Source of the DNA: Octopus sinensis
Lineage: Eukaryota
Length of the DNA stretch: 64,000 nt
Direction of reading: 5' to 3'
Assembly: GCF_006345805.1 (NCBI RefSeq)
Contig: NC_043015.1
Span: forward strand, 1,860,001-1,924,000
Part shown: positions 38,088 to 51,903 of the stretch, piece by piece
Layout of the letters: each line of letters begins with the position of its first letter
How positions within the stretch are numbered: position 1 is the stretch's first letter
Notes under the pieces: model-generated
Told to the model about the DNA's origin: nothing
Seen by the model: only the letters and a program-made list of their open reading frames with translations
Databases searched by the model: none
Program-made: the position numbers and the translations under genes

Positions 38088-38162
<75 letters not shown>

Positions 38163-38715
38163 TATATATATAATATATATATATAGGTAATGGAAAATAA
38201 ACCACAAGCTGAGCAATTTTAAATTCAATTCAATTTAAATATTTTATACAAACAAATGACACCTCATAAATTACAGCTGTTTCCACTTCATTAATAAAAC
38301 GAAGTTTTTCACGAATAATCAAACCCGGTTAAATATGTAACGATGCTTCATCAGATTGACATATCTCCTTCATTATTTCACGAAAATTGTTATTAGTGCA
38401 GTCCGTTTGGCCTTTATCTTAATAAAACGTTCTCCATCACAGTCTATGTATGAACTCTGTTATTTTGGCAATTGACCCTTTCATATAAACATTGATTGGT
38501 GGTATCGGTATGTCTTTAAGAGATGTGTCAATTGTTATATTTTCCTTTATCGAGTATTATTCCACATAGGACATATGCGTATATTTACTGATGATAAAGT
38601 AATGAGTGAATAATCATAATTATTTCAAAAATTATAAATTTAGCAGCGTGTTAAATTCACCTAAGGGATATTAAATATCCAAAGGAATTACTGTTTAGCT
38701 AAATTCTTATATCTG

Positions 38716-38794
<79 letters not shown>

Positions 38795-38795
<1 letters not shown>

Positions 38796-39235
38796 CGTTT
38801 GCAGTACTCTTTTCGTTCGGCGTCAACAGCCCTTCTTATCTTGTTCTCCCTGTCCTGACTTTTACTGTTATATATATATTTTTTACTGTTTATATATATA
38901 TTTTTTTACTGTTTATATTTTTGTACTGTCGTTACTGTCTCGTTTTTTTAATTGATTTGCTTTTCGCAGGAAGGAAAGTTTCTTGTCGAAGATACGTCTC
39001 GCTTTTATCCTTCGAAACGTAGAGTAGATGAAACCTTAGCGACTGAAGAAGGGGTTTTTTCGTTGTGTTAACTGTCCTGTACTCCATTTTTTGTTTTTTT
39101 AAAAAATGTCCTGTTCCTTTGGTTTGTGTCTATGTTTTCGTTTCTCTATGTGTTCGACGTCCCTTTGGTGTCCTGTACTCATATATGCGTGTATATGTAC
39201 ATGTAGAGTAGGTACGTACATATATGTTTATATAT
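38795..39235 (+). mobile_element. Probable PLE-like terminal-repeat relic
   Basis: CGAAACGTA and CTGAAGAAGGGG half-motifs followed by a GTCCTGT-rich tail, flanked by (TA)n. No complete HHR. Confidence 0.35.
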
Positions 39236-39273
39236 ATGCATATGTTTTATTTCTTCTATTAATATATATATAT

Positions 39274-39310
<37 letters not shown>

Positions 39311-39634
39311 GAGACCCCTTCGGTCACGCACTGACCATGGGATTGCACCAAGAAAGTTACCATCCCAAGTACGAATCCGGGCAAGGAAGCCCAGCAGTCA
39401 CCCATGCATACCGGCCTTCCCTCTCCGCGCCACCAGTGTTATCCAAGAGAAAGGCAAGGGCCGACACAGCTTGGTACCTGTGACGTAGCAACTCATTTCT
39501 ACAGCTGAGTTAACTGGATCAACGTGAAATAAAGTGACATGCTCATGAACACAACACGCAGCCCGGTCCGGTGTTTGAGCTCACAACCTCACGATCGTAA
39601 GCTCGACGCTCTAACCACTAGACATGTGCCTTCA
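39311..39634 (-). mobile_element. tRNA-derived SINE, family D, with conserved-type central domain
   Basis: Head GTGAAGGCACATGTCTAGTGGTTAGAGCG..GAGCTCAAACACC and body GTGTTGTGTTCATGAGC..CACTTTATTTCACG..CAGCTGTAGAAATGAG. Confidence 0.75.
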
Positions 39635-39648
39635 CACACACACACACT

Positions 39649-39716
<68 letters not shown>

Positions 39717-40444
39717 AATTGATAGCTAGATCCAGTAAACATAGTTTTAGCGCTTTTCATCAATCAAAGCACATTTGCTGTTGCATGAATGCTACATTAT
39801 TTCACATAATCAACGCTGAGCTGCTTCTTGATCTGTTGCCATTTTAATACAGTCTGGGATGAAACGATGTGAAGAAGCACCAAGATTGCCTAGGATAAAT
39901 GTTCTCTTGTAAATCAGCAATGCTTTCTGCTTTCTCGTAATGGCTTATCTCAGGCTGCACCCCACCACCTTTGTTTTTATATCGTACAGTCATCATAAAT
40001 TGTACATATGCAGACATATATCATAGAGTGTATTTTCCCTCAAGTCATGTGGTGATCGTATAATTGATGTGTTGTTCTTTTCTGAATCCTGTTTTTCTAC
40101 CCTCGTCCGTTCTGTCTATAGAGGAGCGTATGCTCAAAATACAAAGGACTTTTCTTTCTAATCTTCCTGATTTCTAATTTTCCTCCTCTTCATGTTTTTT
40201 TTATATTTTCACCTCACACGCATACACACAAACACACACACTCATACGTAAATACAGACACATACATATACACGCACACATAAATACGCACAAACACACA
40301 CACACTCATATACGTACTTACTAAAACATATAAACATATTTGTTATATACGTTTGAGTGAGTGTGTGTGTGTGTGTGTGCGTCTACGTACGTCACTTCCT
40401 ATTTGTATATATGTATGTATTAAAGTTTGTATGAATATATTCTT

Positions 40445-40590
40445 CTCTACTCTAGGCACAAGACCTGAAATTCTTGGAGACGGAGTCAGTCGATTAGATC
40501 GACCTCAGTACGCAACTGGTACTTAATTTAACGACTCTGAAATGATGAAAGGCAAAGTCGACCTCGGTGGTATTTGAACTTAGAACGTAA
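40445..40590 (-). mobile_element. Family-A SINE, 5' truncated, tail a
   Basis: TACTCTAGGCACAAGACCTGAAATT...AAAGTCGACCTCGG. Confidence 0.85.
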
Positions 40591-40739
40591 TGGTTTGTAT
40601 AATTATATTGAACTGCGGCTGTGCTCATGTTTTCATAACTTAATGTTTGATTCTTAACTTACGAAAAGAATGTGATATATGGAAACCTCAATATTTCAGT
40701 GATATTCTGTTATTACGTATTATCACTATCTTCGTATGA

Positions 40740-41124
40740 TCTCTATCTTCTTCTTATCATTCTTCTTCTTCTTCTTCTTATCATTCTTCTTCTTCTTCTT
40801 CTTCTTCTTCTTCTTCTTCTTCTTCTTCATCTTCTTCTTCTTCGTCTACTTCTTCTTCTTCTTCTATTTCTCTTTCTTCTTCAACTTCTTTTTGTTCTTT
40901 TCCTTTTTCTTCTTGTTCTTTTTTCTTTTTTCTTCTTCCTCTTCCTCTTGTTGTTGTTGTTGTTGTTGTTGTTGTTCTTCTTCTTCCTCTTTTTCTTCTT
41001 CCTCTTCCTCTTGTTCTTGTTATTCTTGTTCTTCTTGTTTTTGTTCTTCTTGTAGTTCTTGTTCTTGTACTTGTTGTTCTTTTTTCTTTTTCTTCTTCTT
41101 CTTCTCTTCTTCTTCTTCTTCTTC

Positions 41125-41173
<49 letters not shown>

Positions 41174-41175
41174 CG
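40740..41175. repeat. (CTT)n/(GTT)n/(ATT)n trinucleotide tract
   Basis: Direct reading. Confidence 0.95.
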
Positions 41176-42135
41176 TTTCCTCAGATATTCTTTGCTATTC
41201 TGTCGGTATTTGATTGCTTGATACGAAACTGCATCGCAGAACATTTCTTGTTTAGAACCTTTCTTTTATTCCTCACTGTGTCACAGCTTATATAAAATCA
41301 TTTATTTCGGATATCCAACATCCGAAACCAAACATGCAAACATCTCAACTACTATTCAATCGGAATAATGATAACTTTACGTCAATTCAATTTCGTATAT
41401 TAGTTGCCGGTATTTTCCGTTACAATTCGTGAATCAAATGATAAACAACATCGATTAAGCAATATATTGATTCTCCTTTATTGATATGACAATATGTGCC
41501 GATGGATATTTCATTAGATTGACCGTCAGATGTTTTCATTGTACCTATACTTATTCATTTTCAAGGACATGCTCTGTTTTTAGGATCATATATTTCCTCC
41601 ACATAACCAATGTATTTATAACAGAACAGTCAACGTATGATCGTAGTAACTTGTCATATCTCCAAGTAGCGTTGACCATCTGGACAAGGATTTTATAATC
41701 AGGCTACATGCATCATCGTCTCTTTCACCTCACTTTAGACATTCCCCTCTGGCATTTTCCATGTCTATGGTGTGCCTGATATATTTGTGTTCTGATTGCT
41801 TAATACCCCATGGTTCAGTGAAGCCCTTCGTGAGTTAAGATTCATTCTTCAGCCATTGACATGACATCCTGTGATAACCTACGTCCCTTTTAATAAACAG
41901 TTTCTGCAAACATCTCCTTTCGAATTGTTGGTCTTGAAACTGCAACAGCGTCAATTTTTACCCATACTATTTCATTGAACTGTTATAAAAAAGCGCATTT
42001 GCTTCCTTAATCTCTTTAGACATCCCACACTTTCAAAAATCTCATCAAAAGTATTCTTCAGTCCTTTCTTTAGAAATACCACTCAGTCAGAAAGCTTGTG
42101 TGTTTATAAGGTCCTCATATAGTCAACACTATGCC

Positions 42136-42209
42136 TACGGGCATATGACGTAGAAGTTAAGAGCGCGGGTTACTAACCCCAAAATTCCGAGTTCGATTCC
42201 AAGCAGTAA

Positions 42210-42241
<32 letters not shown>

Positions 42242-42270
42242 TTAATAATAATATCGAAAAATACATTAGG
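42136..42270 (+). mobile_element. Family E element: tRNA-like head + (AAT)n, truncated before the HHR
   Basis: GGGCATATGACGTAGAAGTTAAGAGCGCGGGTTACTAACCCCAAAATTCCGAGTTCGATTCC..(AAT)n..ATCGAAAAATAC.TTAGG. Confidence 0.75.
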
Positions 42271-42284
42271 GAAAATTTCTAGGT

Positions 42285-43170
42285 ATTGTTGAGATGTTTT
42301 CTGTTTAACTTATCCCAGTATTTGCCATGTTAGGCGTTTTCTTGCTATCGTATTATCATGATATTACGTTCCTCCCGTATAAATTTGGATTTCATTTGCT
42401 TTACAACTTTCATTCTTTGCTTTTTTCTTAATAGTTGCCAGCAATATGACTTCGTTCTTGTATTTTTCGGCTTCCATAAAGACAGAGAACAATTTTTCCT
42501 TTTGCTCACTTTTGTAGGTATTTGTATCAGTTTTACTTGGTTATGAGTTAGATATTTCTGTAATCCATTGGTTGTTATGTTATAGCAGTTTCCTAGTTTT
42601 TAAGGCCTTGATCACCTTATGTTCAGTGTGTATATAACCTTGCAATGTCAGATATTTTGTGGTGTATTCAATATTCCATCATTATTTTTATTGTCTTCCT
42701 GTCTAGTTGTGTTAGTTCATTTATAGTCCAATTAAGAATATTGTAATTGTAGCATTTAACAGTGACAGCTAGAGTATTGATATCTATTATCTTGTTTTTG
42801 GCATTGAGTAATGCTTTATGTACAAAACTAACTCCTTTATAGTATTCCTTCTTTACCATCTCCTTCATTTGTGTGTGTTGTACCGTATCTAGTTCTTCGA
42901 TTGCTAAGTGTTTATATGTCAGGATTCGGTCTCATTCTCTTATTTAACTTTTCTTGTCTAGTGTCAGACTGTTAATCTTAAGCAGTGTTTCCCTTTTCAA
43001 GGTCGCTTGACATATTTTTGTAAGTTGAATTTCGTATTTATTTCTTTGGTAAATTCATTCAGTGTGCGATGTAGCATTTCCAGCTAGTTATTATTTTCAG
43101 CATACAATTTTAGATCATCATTGTACAAGAGATGGTTGATTATTTTAGCGTAGATTTTTTGCCGTTGATT
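42285..43170 (-). mobile_element. R4/Dong-type LINE fragment
   Basis: MKEMVKKEYYKGV..LNAKNKIIDINTLAVTVKCYNYNILNWTINELTQLDRKT, with HLLYNDDLK upstream. Confidence 0.85.
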
Positions 43171-45005
43171 CTTCACAGTATTGTTGTTGTTGTTGTTGTT
43201 ATTTCCTACCACGCAATCTCTGGATCTTAGCTTAAATGGAACAAAAAAAAATCATATTTTTAACACTAGAACATTCTATTCAATTAATTCTGACGTCTCC
43301 CCTGTACATAAGTATGACGACAAGTGCATGTTATTGAAATCATTCTATTTATTTCACTTTCTCTACCCGAATGAATAATCTTGAGTATAGTAATTCCTTT
43401 TTTTTCTAGGTCTTAAAATTTGATATTTATATTTACACATTGTAGAGAACGAAAGTAAAAGCGTCACATAAGAGATTATATCAACAACAACAGGAACTGC
43501 ATTAACAGCTATAAAATTTACACATATTCTGTTTTTTGCCAAGTGAATATGTGGCAGACTGCGAAGGAGTCTGTATCATATTTACTCTCAAAAATAGGAA
43601 ATCGTAGATTTGAATAATTTGATAGAGAAAACGTGAAAATATAATTTCTAAGAATCTGTTACAGAGACCTACCAAAAAAACAAGAAATATAATGAACGTT
43701 TGTTTTATGAAAGCCACATAAGATTCTCATGTAACCATGTTTAACATTTTCGAGCTGTTCTCAAATACTTATAAAATGCAAACTGTTTCGTTACCAGAGG
43801 TTGAAGAATTGAGGTTGAATATTTTTCAAGTCCAAAATGTAGAAAAGAATGAAAACACACGTCCTGCTATTATACAACAGTCTTAAACGTTTGAAAGCCA
43901 ATGCTTTATCCTAAACATTTAATATATTTGCAAGTATATCATGATTGGAAAACGGAATACGGTATACCTACCAGCAATGAACTTTGGGGAGATATTTAAT
44001 GACGATTGTCAGGGACTCGTATTCAGTTTCGCGGTGCAATAATGGCATCGACTATAGACAAACATACTTTCTGTGATATATGGTTGGGTTCCTGCCATTA
44101 CAAATATAGACGTCTTTATAAAATCACAATACAAATCAATTTGAGAAACCTGCCACCTATGGGTTGTAGTTAGGGAAACCTAAAAGCATTATCATTGAGG
44201 GCTGTAAATACATCTTGTATGATTTTGTGCCCTCAACACGCAAATGTTAGAAAGCAAGAATCAATGCAGTAAACTTCAGGAGACTGCTATTCAGAAAGCG
44301 GGTCCAGTGGCGGAGTAAGTTTCCTTCTCATAAGCCGAAATAAAACAGAAAACTGCAAGACTCACTCCACAACCGACGCCAGAAAAGGAAGAGAAGAAAT
44401 GATATTTAAATTAAAAATTAACCAAAAAAGGACAACGACCGCTTAAAGCGGATGACACAGCTTCTCACATTTCAAATACTGCTACCACCCTATCGCTTGT
44501 GATTTTTCCAGATCCCACCCGAGGGTGACTGGCGAAACTTTTAATAAAGTGATTAAAAATAGTTAGGGAGATTAAGAGCACATGGAAATGGGCATCTCTG
44601 AAGAGGAAATAGTCTTTCCTGAGAATGATTTCATCTCCTGTGAAAATAAAGCCAGGAAAGGCTTGATGCAAGATGCACATGCAATGAGTGATGCGATTTC
44701 AAATAAATCACCAATTGCATAGGAAACGCAAGTAAAATAGAAAAAAGAAAAGCAAGTTTGACTATTAATAAATTATTACTACGATCGTGTTTAATGAAAG
44801 TGGCTACGAAACTAAAGGATGGTTTTTTAATTGCGTATTCTGAAAAAAAAATATCATTGGTGGAATATTCTGGAATCACCAATCAAAAACAATATATGCA
44901 TAAATTGAATCAATTAAAAAGATCGAGGAAAGAGACATGTAACCAGAGTTGTCAAATGTCATGATTAATGCAAGTGGACATTTAATATGTTGCTTATTGT
45001 AATGT

Positions 45006-45675
45006 GGTGAGCTGGCAGAAACGTTAGCACACCAGGCTAATGCTTAGCGGTTTTTCGTCTGTCTTTGCGTTTTGAGTTACAGTTCCATCGAGGTCGACTT
45101 TGACTTTCATCCTTTCATGGGCGATAAATAATATACCAGTTGCGCACTGGGGTCGATCTAATCGACTGGCACCCTCCCTTAAAATTTCGGGCCCTGTGTC
45201 GTGAGCAGAAAATAATATTTTGTGTATTCTAAAGCGACTAGGTGGAAAAATGTTAATACGCCAGTCGAAATGCTTAGCGGTATTTCGTCTGTCTTTACGT
45301 TCTGAGTTCAAATTCCCCGAGATCGACTGTGCCTTTCATCCTTTCGTGGTCGTTAAATTAAGTACCAGTTGCGTACTGGGGTCGACCTAATCGACTGGCG
45401 ACGTCCACCAAAATTTTGTACCTTGTGTCTAGAGTAGAAAAGAATATTTTGTTTATTGTAAGGCGGCAAGCTGGCAGAATCTTTAGCACGCCGATCGAAA
45501 TGCTTAGCGTTATTTCGTCTATGTTTACGTTCTGAGTTCATATTCTGCCGAGGTCAACTTTCCTTTTCATTCTCCCGGGTTCGATAAATTAAGTAACAGT
45601 TGCGTACTGGGGTCGACTTAACCGACTGGTTCCCTCCCCCAAAATTTCGGACCTTGTCCCTAGAGTAGAAAAAAA
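45006..45675 (+). mobile_element. Three head-to-tail family-A SINEs (tail a)
   Basis: Heads at ~45006, ~45240 and ~45460; each ends ..CCTTGT..AGAGTAGAAAA-like. Confidence 0.85.
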
Positions 45676-46552
45676 TATATGGACTCTATTATAAAGTGAT
45701 GATTGCGAGCTGAATTTTATGTATGTATGTATGTATGTATGTATGTATGTATGTATGTATGTATGTATGTATGTATGTTTGTATGTATGTATGTATGTAT
45801 ATATGTATGTATGCATGTATGTATGTATGTATGTATGTATGTATGTATGCATGTATGCATGTATGTATGTATATATGTATGTATATATGTATGTATGTAT
45901 GTATGTATGAATGTATGCATGAATGTATGTATGAATGTATGTATGTATGTATGTATGTATGTATGAATGTATGTATGTATCTATGTATCTATGTATGCAT
46001 GTATGTATGAATGTATGTATGAATGTATGTATGTATGAATGTATGTATGCGTTTACAATAACTGATCCAAAATTATTTCAACAGTCAGAGATATATGGAT
46101 ATATTAATATCGAGACATTCAGGCAGACAGAAAGATGAACAGATACACATATACATGATATATGGGTATAGACTATTAAATTGATCGATGAAAGGAAACT
46201 GTGTAAACAAAGAATCGGAGATAAATTGTTCAAAATCGAGAAAAAAACCGTCAACATATAACTAGCAATGTCCATTCGTAAATAGCTACGTAGAGACATA
46301 TATAGATTAGCACAGACACATGTACATATATAAATACACATATATCCATTATTATAATACAATGATATAGAGAAAAAAAAACGTATGTATTGAACATAGG
46401 ACAATACACAAACACACTCACACACATATAAATATATGTATATGTATAGGTATATATACATATACATAGTTATATAGTTATCTATCGATCGATTTATCTA
46501 TCTACATACATACATATATATATAAATACATATATATATATATGTATATATG

Positions 46553-46583
<31 letters not shown>

Positions 46584-46814
46584 GCATATACAGACAGACA
46601 TATATTTACGTATGTACATGTGAGTGTACATACGTTCATGTGTATATTTATGTGCGTCTATATATGTGTATGTATATGTGTATGTATATGTATATGTATG
46701 TATATATTTATATAAGTATATGTATTTATATGTATATATATATATATATTTATTATATAAGTATATATATATATGTACACACACACACACACACACACAT
46801 ACACATACACACAC

Positions 46815-46857
<43 letters not shown>

Positions 46858-47302
46858 TGTGCGTGTGTGTATGTGATGTGCACGTACTGTGTGTGTATTC
46901 TGTGTATACATACATACACTCACATATGTGTGCACGCATGTCTGAATTTGTAAACACCGTAGTATGTGCCAGGTGAATATGTATTTGTGTATATTTGTGA
47001 CACTGTGTGTGTATGCTTGTGTGTGTTCATGTGTGCGCGTGTTTTTTTTGTGTGTGTGTATGTGTACGTGTGTGTGCGTCTGTCTTTCTTCGTGTCTGTA
47101 TAACTGTGTGTGATTACATGTACCTATTTGCATGTATAGATATGTATAAATTTTTTCGAAAATGAACGGGCAAACAAAACTACATATACTCACAGATACG
47201 TACATATGCTTGCTGGTTGATGACTTGTACACACACACACACACACAACGCACACACACACACCCCACATATATATAGATATATATATATATATATATAC
47301 AT

Positions 47303-47366
<64 letters not shown>

Positions 47367-47575
47367 TATATATATATATATATAGATATATATATATATA
47401 TATTATATTACATGAATATTATATGTGTCTGTGTGTGTGTGTAGACATATATGAATATATGTATATGTACATATGTATACAGACAGACACAGATACACCT
47501 CACACACATATATACAAGTATGCTCACAACAGAATATATATATTTACATATGTATATATGATATATATAATATAT

Positions 47576-47608
<33 letters not shown>

Positions 47609-47863
47609 GAGAGAGATATGCATATACATATAAAAATTATATAGAGAGATATATGAATATATGTATATGTATATATATATATGTATATATAATTAATATA
47701 TTATATATATATATATATATGTATATATATCTACATACATGTATATATATACATACATTATATATTTGTTGAAATGCATAAGAATATATTCCCTTTGCGA
47801 GTGTGCCTATATTCAAGTGTGCATGACACACACATACACACGCACCTATGAATATATATATAT

Positions 47864-47915
<52 letters not shown>

Positions 47916-48682
47916 TACATCATACGTATATATAAAGGAGGAGAAAATTTAGAGCCAAACCAGATAAATAGATAAGTGTACGGATATATCTTGAAAGACT
48001 GGAAAGTTACTAGACATATAGATATATGAAATAATTGACAGCCACGAGAAAAGTTTAGTGCTAATATGTCGGACATCATTTACGAGATTATCAGATTAGA
48101 ATCTACTTATCTCATCAGTTTGGGTGATCAATGTCACGGGAACTGTCAAACTAAATGCCAGTCTTTTTTTAAAGTTTTCAGCTACTGAGTCACTCCACTG
48201 ACGGTTTTACTTAACCAACGTTCTTATGTGTTTATGTATCATGTGGAGATTGAAGTGTGTTACATTTACATAACAATACTTAGATATACACAAACTTGCG
48301 AATATTTCAATGGTTTTGTTAAGGTTTCATTTTTCCTTTCATTGGAATTTCTCTTCGACCGAAAGTTCTGTTTCTCTGAAAAAGGCGCACGGTCACACAC
48401 ACACACACACATACACACAGATACACACACATGTATACACATAGACGTGCTCTAAAAGGCCCATGGACACAAACATCGTCATACCTACATATATAAAAAT
48501 ACGCACGCTGATACGTATACATATATGTAGGCATATATATATTATATATATATATAGATATATATATATATATATATATAATATATAACATAATAATGAA
48601 GAAATAAAAAGATTTTTTTCTAAAATTCTGACGACTTTTTTCTCTCAATATTCAATTCGTACACCACACGTAACACTGTCTG

Positions 48683-48753
<71 letters not shown>

Positions 48754-48770
48754 ATTATATATATTATATT

Positions 48771-48813
<43 letters not shown>

Positions 48814-49054
48814 TGTGTTCTGTGTGTGTGGTGTTGTGTTTGAGTGTGTGCTCGTGTGTGTGTGTATGTGTAAATATGTAAAGGTATATGTTTTATGTAG
48901 ACATGAATACATATATGTGTGTGTAGAAATATTTTCGTAGTATAGACAAAACATATATGTGTAGAAAGATGAGGATAAATAGATATATAGATGAATATAT
49001 AGATAGATAGGTAGATAGATAGATATATAGAAATATTGTTTTTAAATTTTGGCT

Positions 49055-49696
49055 CCAGTGCAAGTAAGTCGATTACAGCAACCCATTGCTCAGCTGGCAC
49101 TTATTTTATCAACCCCGAAAGGAGGAAATACACAGTCGACCTCGGCGGAATTTGAACGCAGACAGGCGAAATGCCGCTCAGTGTTTAGCCTGGCGTGCTA
49201 ACAATTTTGTCAGTTCATTTCCTGAGAGAAACGAAATAGTAAGAAACTGTAGGGCGGCGTACTGGCAGAAACGTTAGCATGCCGGGCGAAATGTGTAGCC
49301 GTATTTCGTCTGCCGTTACGTTCTGAGTTCAAAATCCGGCGATGTCGACTTTGCCTTTCATCCTTTCGGGTTCGATAAATTAAGTACCAGTTTTGCACTG
49401 GGATCGATGTAGTCAACTTAATCCATTTGTCTGTCCTTGTTTGTCCCCTCTATGTTTAGCCCCTTGTGTGCAATAGAGAAATAAGAAATGTTAGCACGGT
49501 GGGCGAAATGTGTAGCCGTATTTCGTCTGCCGTTACGTTCTGAGTTCAAATTCCGGCGTGGTCGACTTTGCCTTTCATCCTTTCGGGGTCGATAAATTAA
49601 GTACCAGTTACGCACTGGGGTCAATAGAATCGACATAATCCGTTTGTCTGCCCTTGTTCGTGCCCTCTATGTTTAGCCCCCGTGTGGACAATAAAT
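49055..49696. mobile_element. Family-A SINE cluster: one minus copy (49055-49215) and two tandem plus copies with tail b (49252-49485, 49486-49696)
   Basis: Family head, body and tail sequences. Confidence 0.85.
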
Positions 49697-50244
49697 AAAT
49701 AGTATAATACATCCGGTGGGACAGTTTTGAGCCCTGCCATAGATTTGTTTGAGATTTGAAACTGTTGTTCAAAATATCATTCTTGCATATAAACAAGGAG
49801 AGCTGAATAGACATCAAACAACTATAGAATATAACCAAAAGAGACAAAAAAATAAATCTAAAACAGAAAAAAAAAACACTGTACACACCTAAGGAATAAA
49901 AATATTTTTATTTCAGACGTTGATGAAATTTGAGTGGACGTTTTAAATAATAGATTGCGCACAATAACAACAAACATTTCTACATACATTTATTCATTTT
50001 ATTGGTTTGTTAGTATCCGTCTTTGAACTACTGCCATGCTGCAATATAAAGCTTCAGGGATTTAGTCAATCACATACATAAAATCAATATTTTATGAGGT
50101 CCTATTTGTCAAGTTTCACGGGATTTAACATCGCCACATCGTAATGTTTCACGAGTGTTAAGTTTCTGCGAACATAAATGCACACATAACATATATTATA
50201 TATATGTTATATACACACACACACTCGCACATACACACACACAG

Positions 50245-50326
<82 letters not shown>

Positions 50327-50354
50327 CGTTTGTGTTTTTTTATTCTTTTAATGC

Positions 50355-50530
50355 TTTTTATTTGTTTCAGTCATTCCATTGCGGCCATGCTGGAGCACCA
50401 CCTTTAGTGTCGAAAATATGGGGCCTGGAATTTATTTTTTGTAAGCCTAGTACTTCTTCTATCCCTTTCTTTTGACGAATAGCTAATTTACAAGGACGCA
50501 AACACACCAACACCGGTTGTCAAGCGATAG
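50355..50530 (-). mobile_element. SINE family C, 3' half
   Basis: GTTTCAGTCATT..GCCATGCTGGAGCACC..GTTGTCAAGCGAT. Confidence 0.75.
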
Positions 50531-50563
50531 AGCGGAAAAAACAGATAGGCCAATATATATGTA

Positions 50564-50609
<46 letters not shown>

Positions 50610-51093
50610 ACAAGAATAACAACAATGAGAAAATGTGTTAAAATTTCCTGCATATATCTATATTAGCATATATACATACGTATATGTACAAACTTGCACC
50701 TATACTTACATATATGCATACATAAATGCATGCTTACATACACACACACACACATACACACACAGACATATACATACATATATATATGCATTTATGCCTC
50801 TGTGTGTCTATGTGTACACGTGTATGTGTTTGTATATGTGTGAGTCCTGTGCATACATACATACATATATATATATATGCATGCACAGGACTTCACGAAA
50901 CGTGTACAACAAAAAACTATTAACCACGAGTAGATGGAACATGAACTATTCTTTCGAACAATGAAATACAACAAATGGAACAGAAAGCAAACAACATAAA
51001 GAACGGCCCTTCATCAGTTGTTGGTGTTTTTCTATTCTCGTATTTCGAACACTTATTGTACAGGTGTAAGTATATAATATACGTATGTTTATA

Positions 51094-51154
<61 letters not shown>

Positions 51155-51209
51155 ATGTATATATATATGTATATATATATATATTTTATTATATATATGT
51201 ATATATATA

Positions 51210-51244
<35 letters not shown>

Positions 51245-51298
51245 TATATTATAATATGATTGAACGCAACGCATCCTCTCCAAGTTTGTTTATCTATC

Positions 51299-51329
<31 letters not shown>

Positions 51330-51821
51330 CTCCCTATATATATACACACACACGCTCCATGCCTAATTTACAGGGACGTAAATTTTGCACTATTCTTTCT
51401 GTTCGATATTGTAAATAATTCTAAACCTTTCCGACAAAGACCCCAATAAGTTCATTTGAATTTCTTTCATGTCTTATTAATTAGTTAAGCCCTTCGAACA
51501 ATATGCAACATTGGCGATCAACAGCTTTTCTTTCGTCGTCTCCCAGACTGATCTCTTATTTACGACATTCGGTTCTTTGGTCTTGTTGGTGTTAAATTTC
51601 CATCGAAATTTCTGTGACAATGTTGGTTTCTATTTAGATTTGTTGGACCCAAGCAAGCACATTATATCCCTAAGAATAGGTATTTCATACTAGACATGCT
51701 TCTACTATTTGACCTGGCTAGCAACGGCCTACCAGGGGCTTGGGCTTCATAAGTATAGTTCTCAGGGTCATTGAAACAAGTTATCACATCGCACATCTGT
51801 CCTGTACCCACATATGATTAT

Positions 51822-51857
<36 letters not shown>

Positions 51858-51860
51858 CCA

Positions 51861-51901
<41 letters not shown>

Positions 51902-51903
<2 letters not shown>

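Noticed and set aside
39005-39070. Hammerhead half-motifs CGAAACGTA and CTGAAGAAGGGG
   Set aside because: Wrong order and no closing stems, so not a complete ribozyme.
42136-42215. tRNA-like heads as true tRNA genes (also 16385, 24355, 27007, 39560, 54156, 57232)
   Set aside because: Acceptor stems do not close and each continues into a repeat body, so they are SINE heads.
45006-45675. Regularly spaced repeats as a CRISPR-like array
   Set aside because: The units are >200-bp SINEs in eukaryotic DNA, with no spacer architecture or cas genes.
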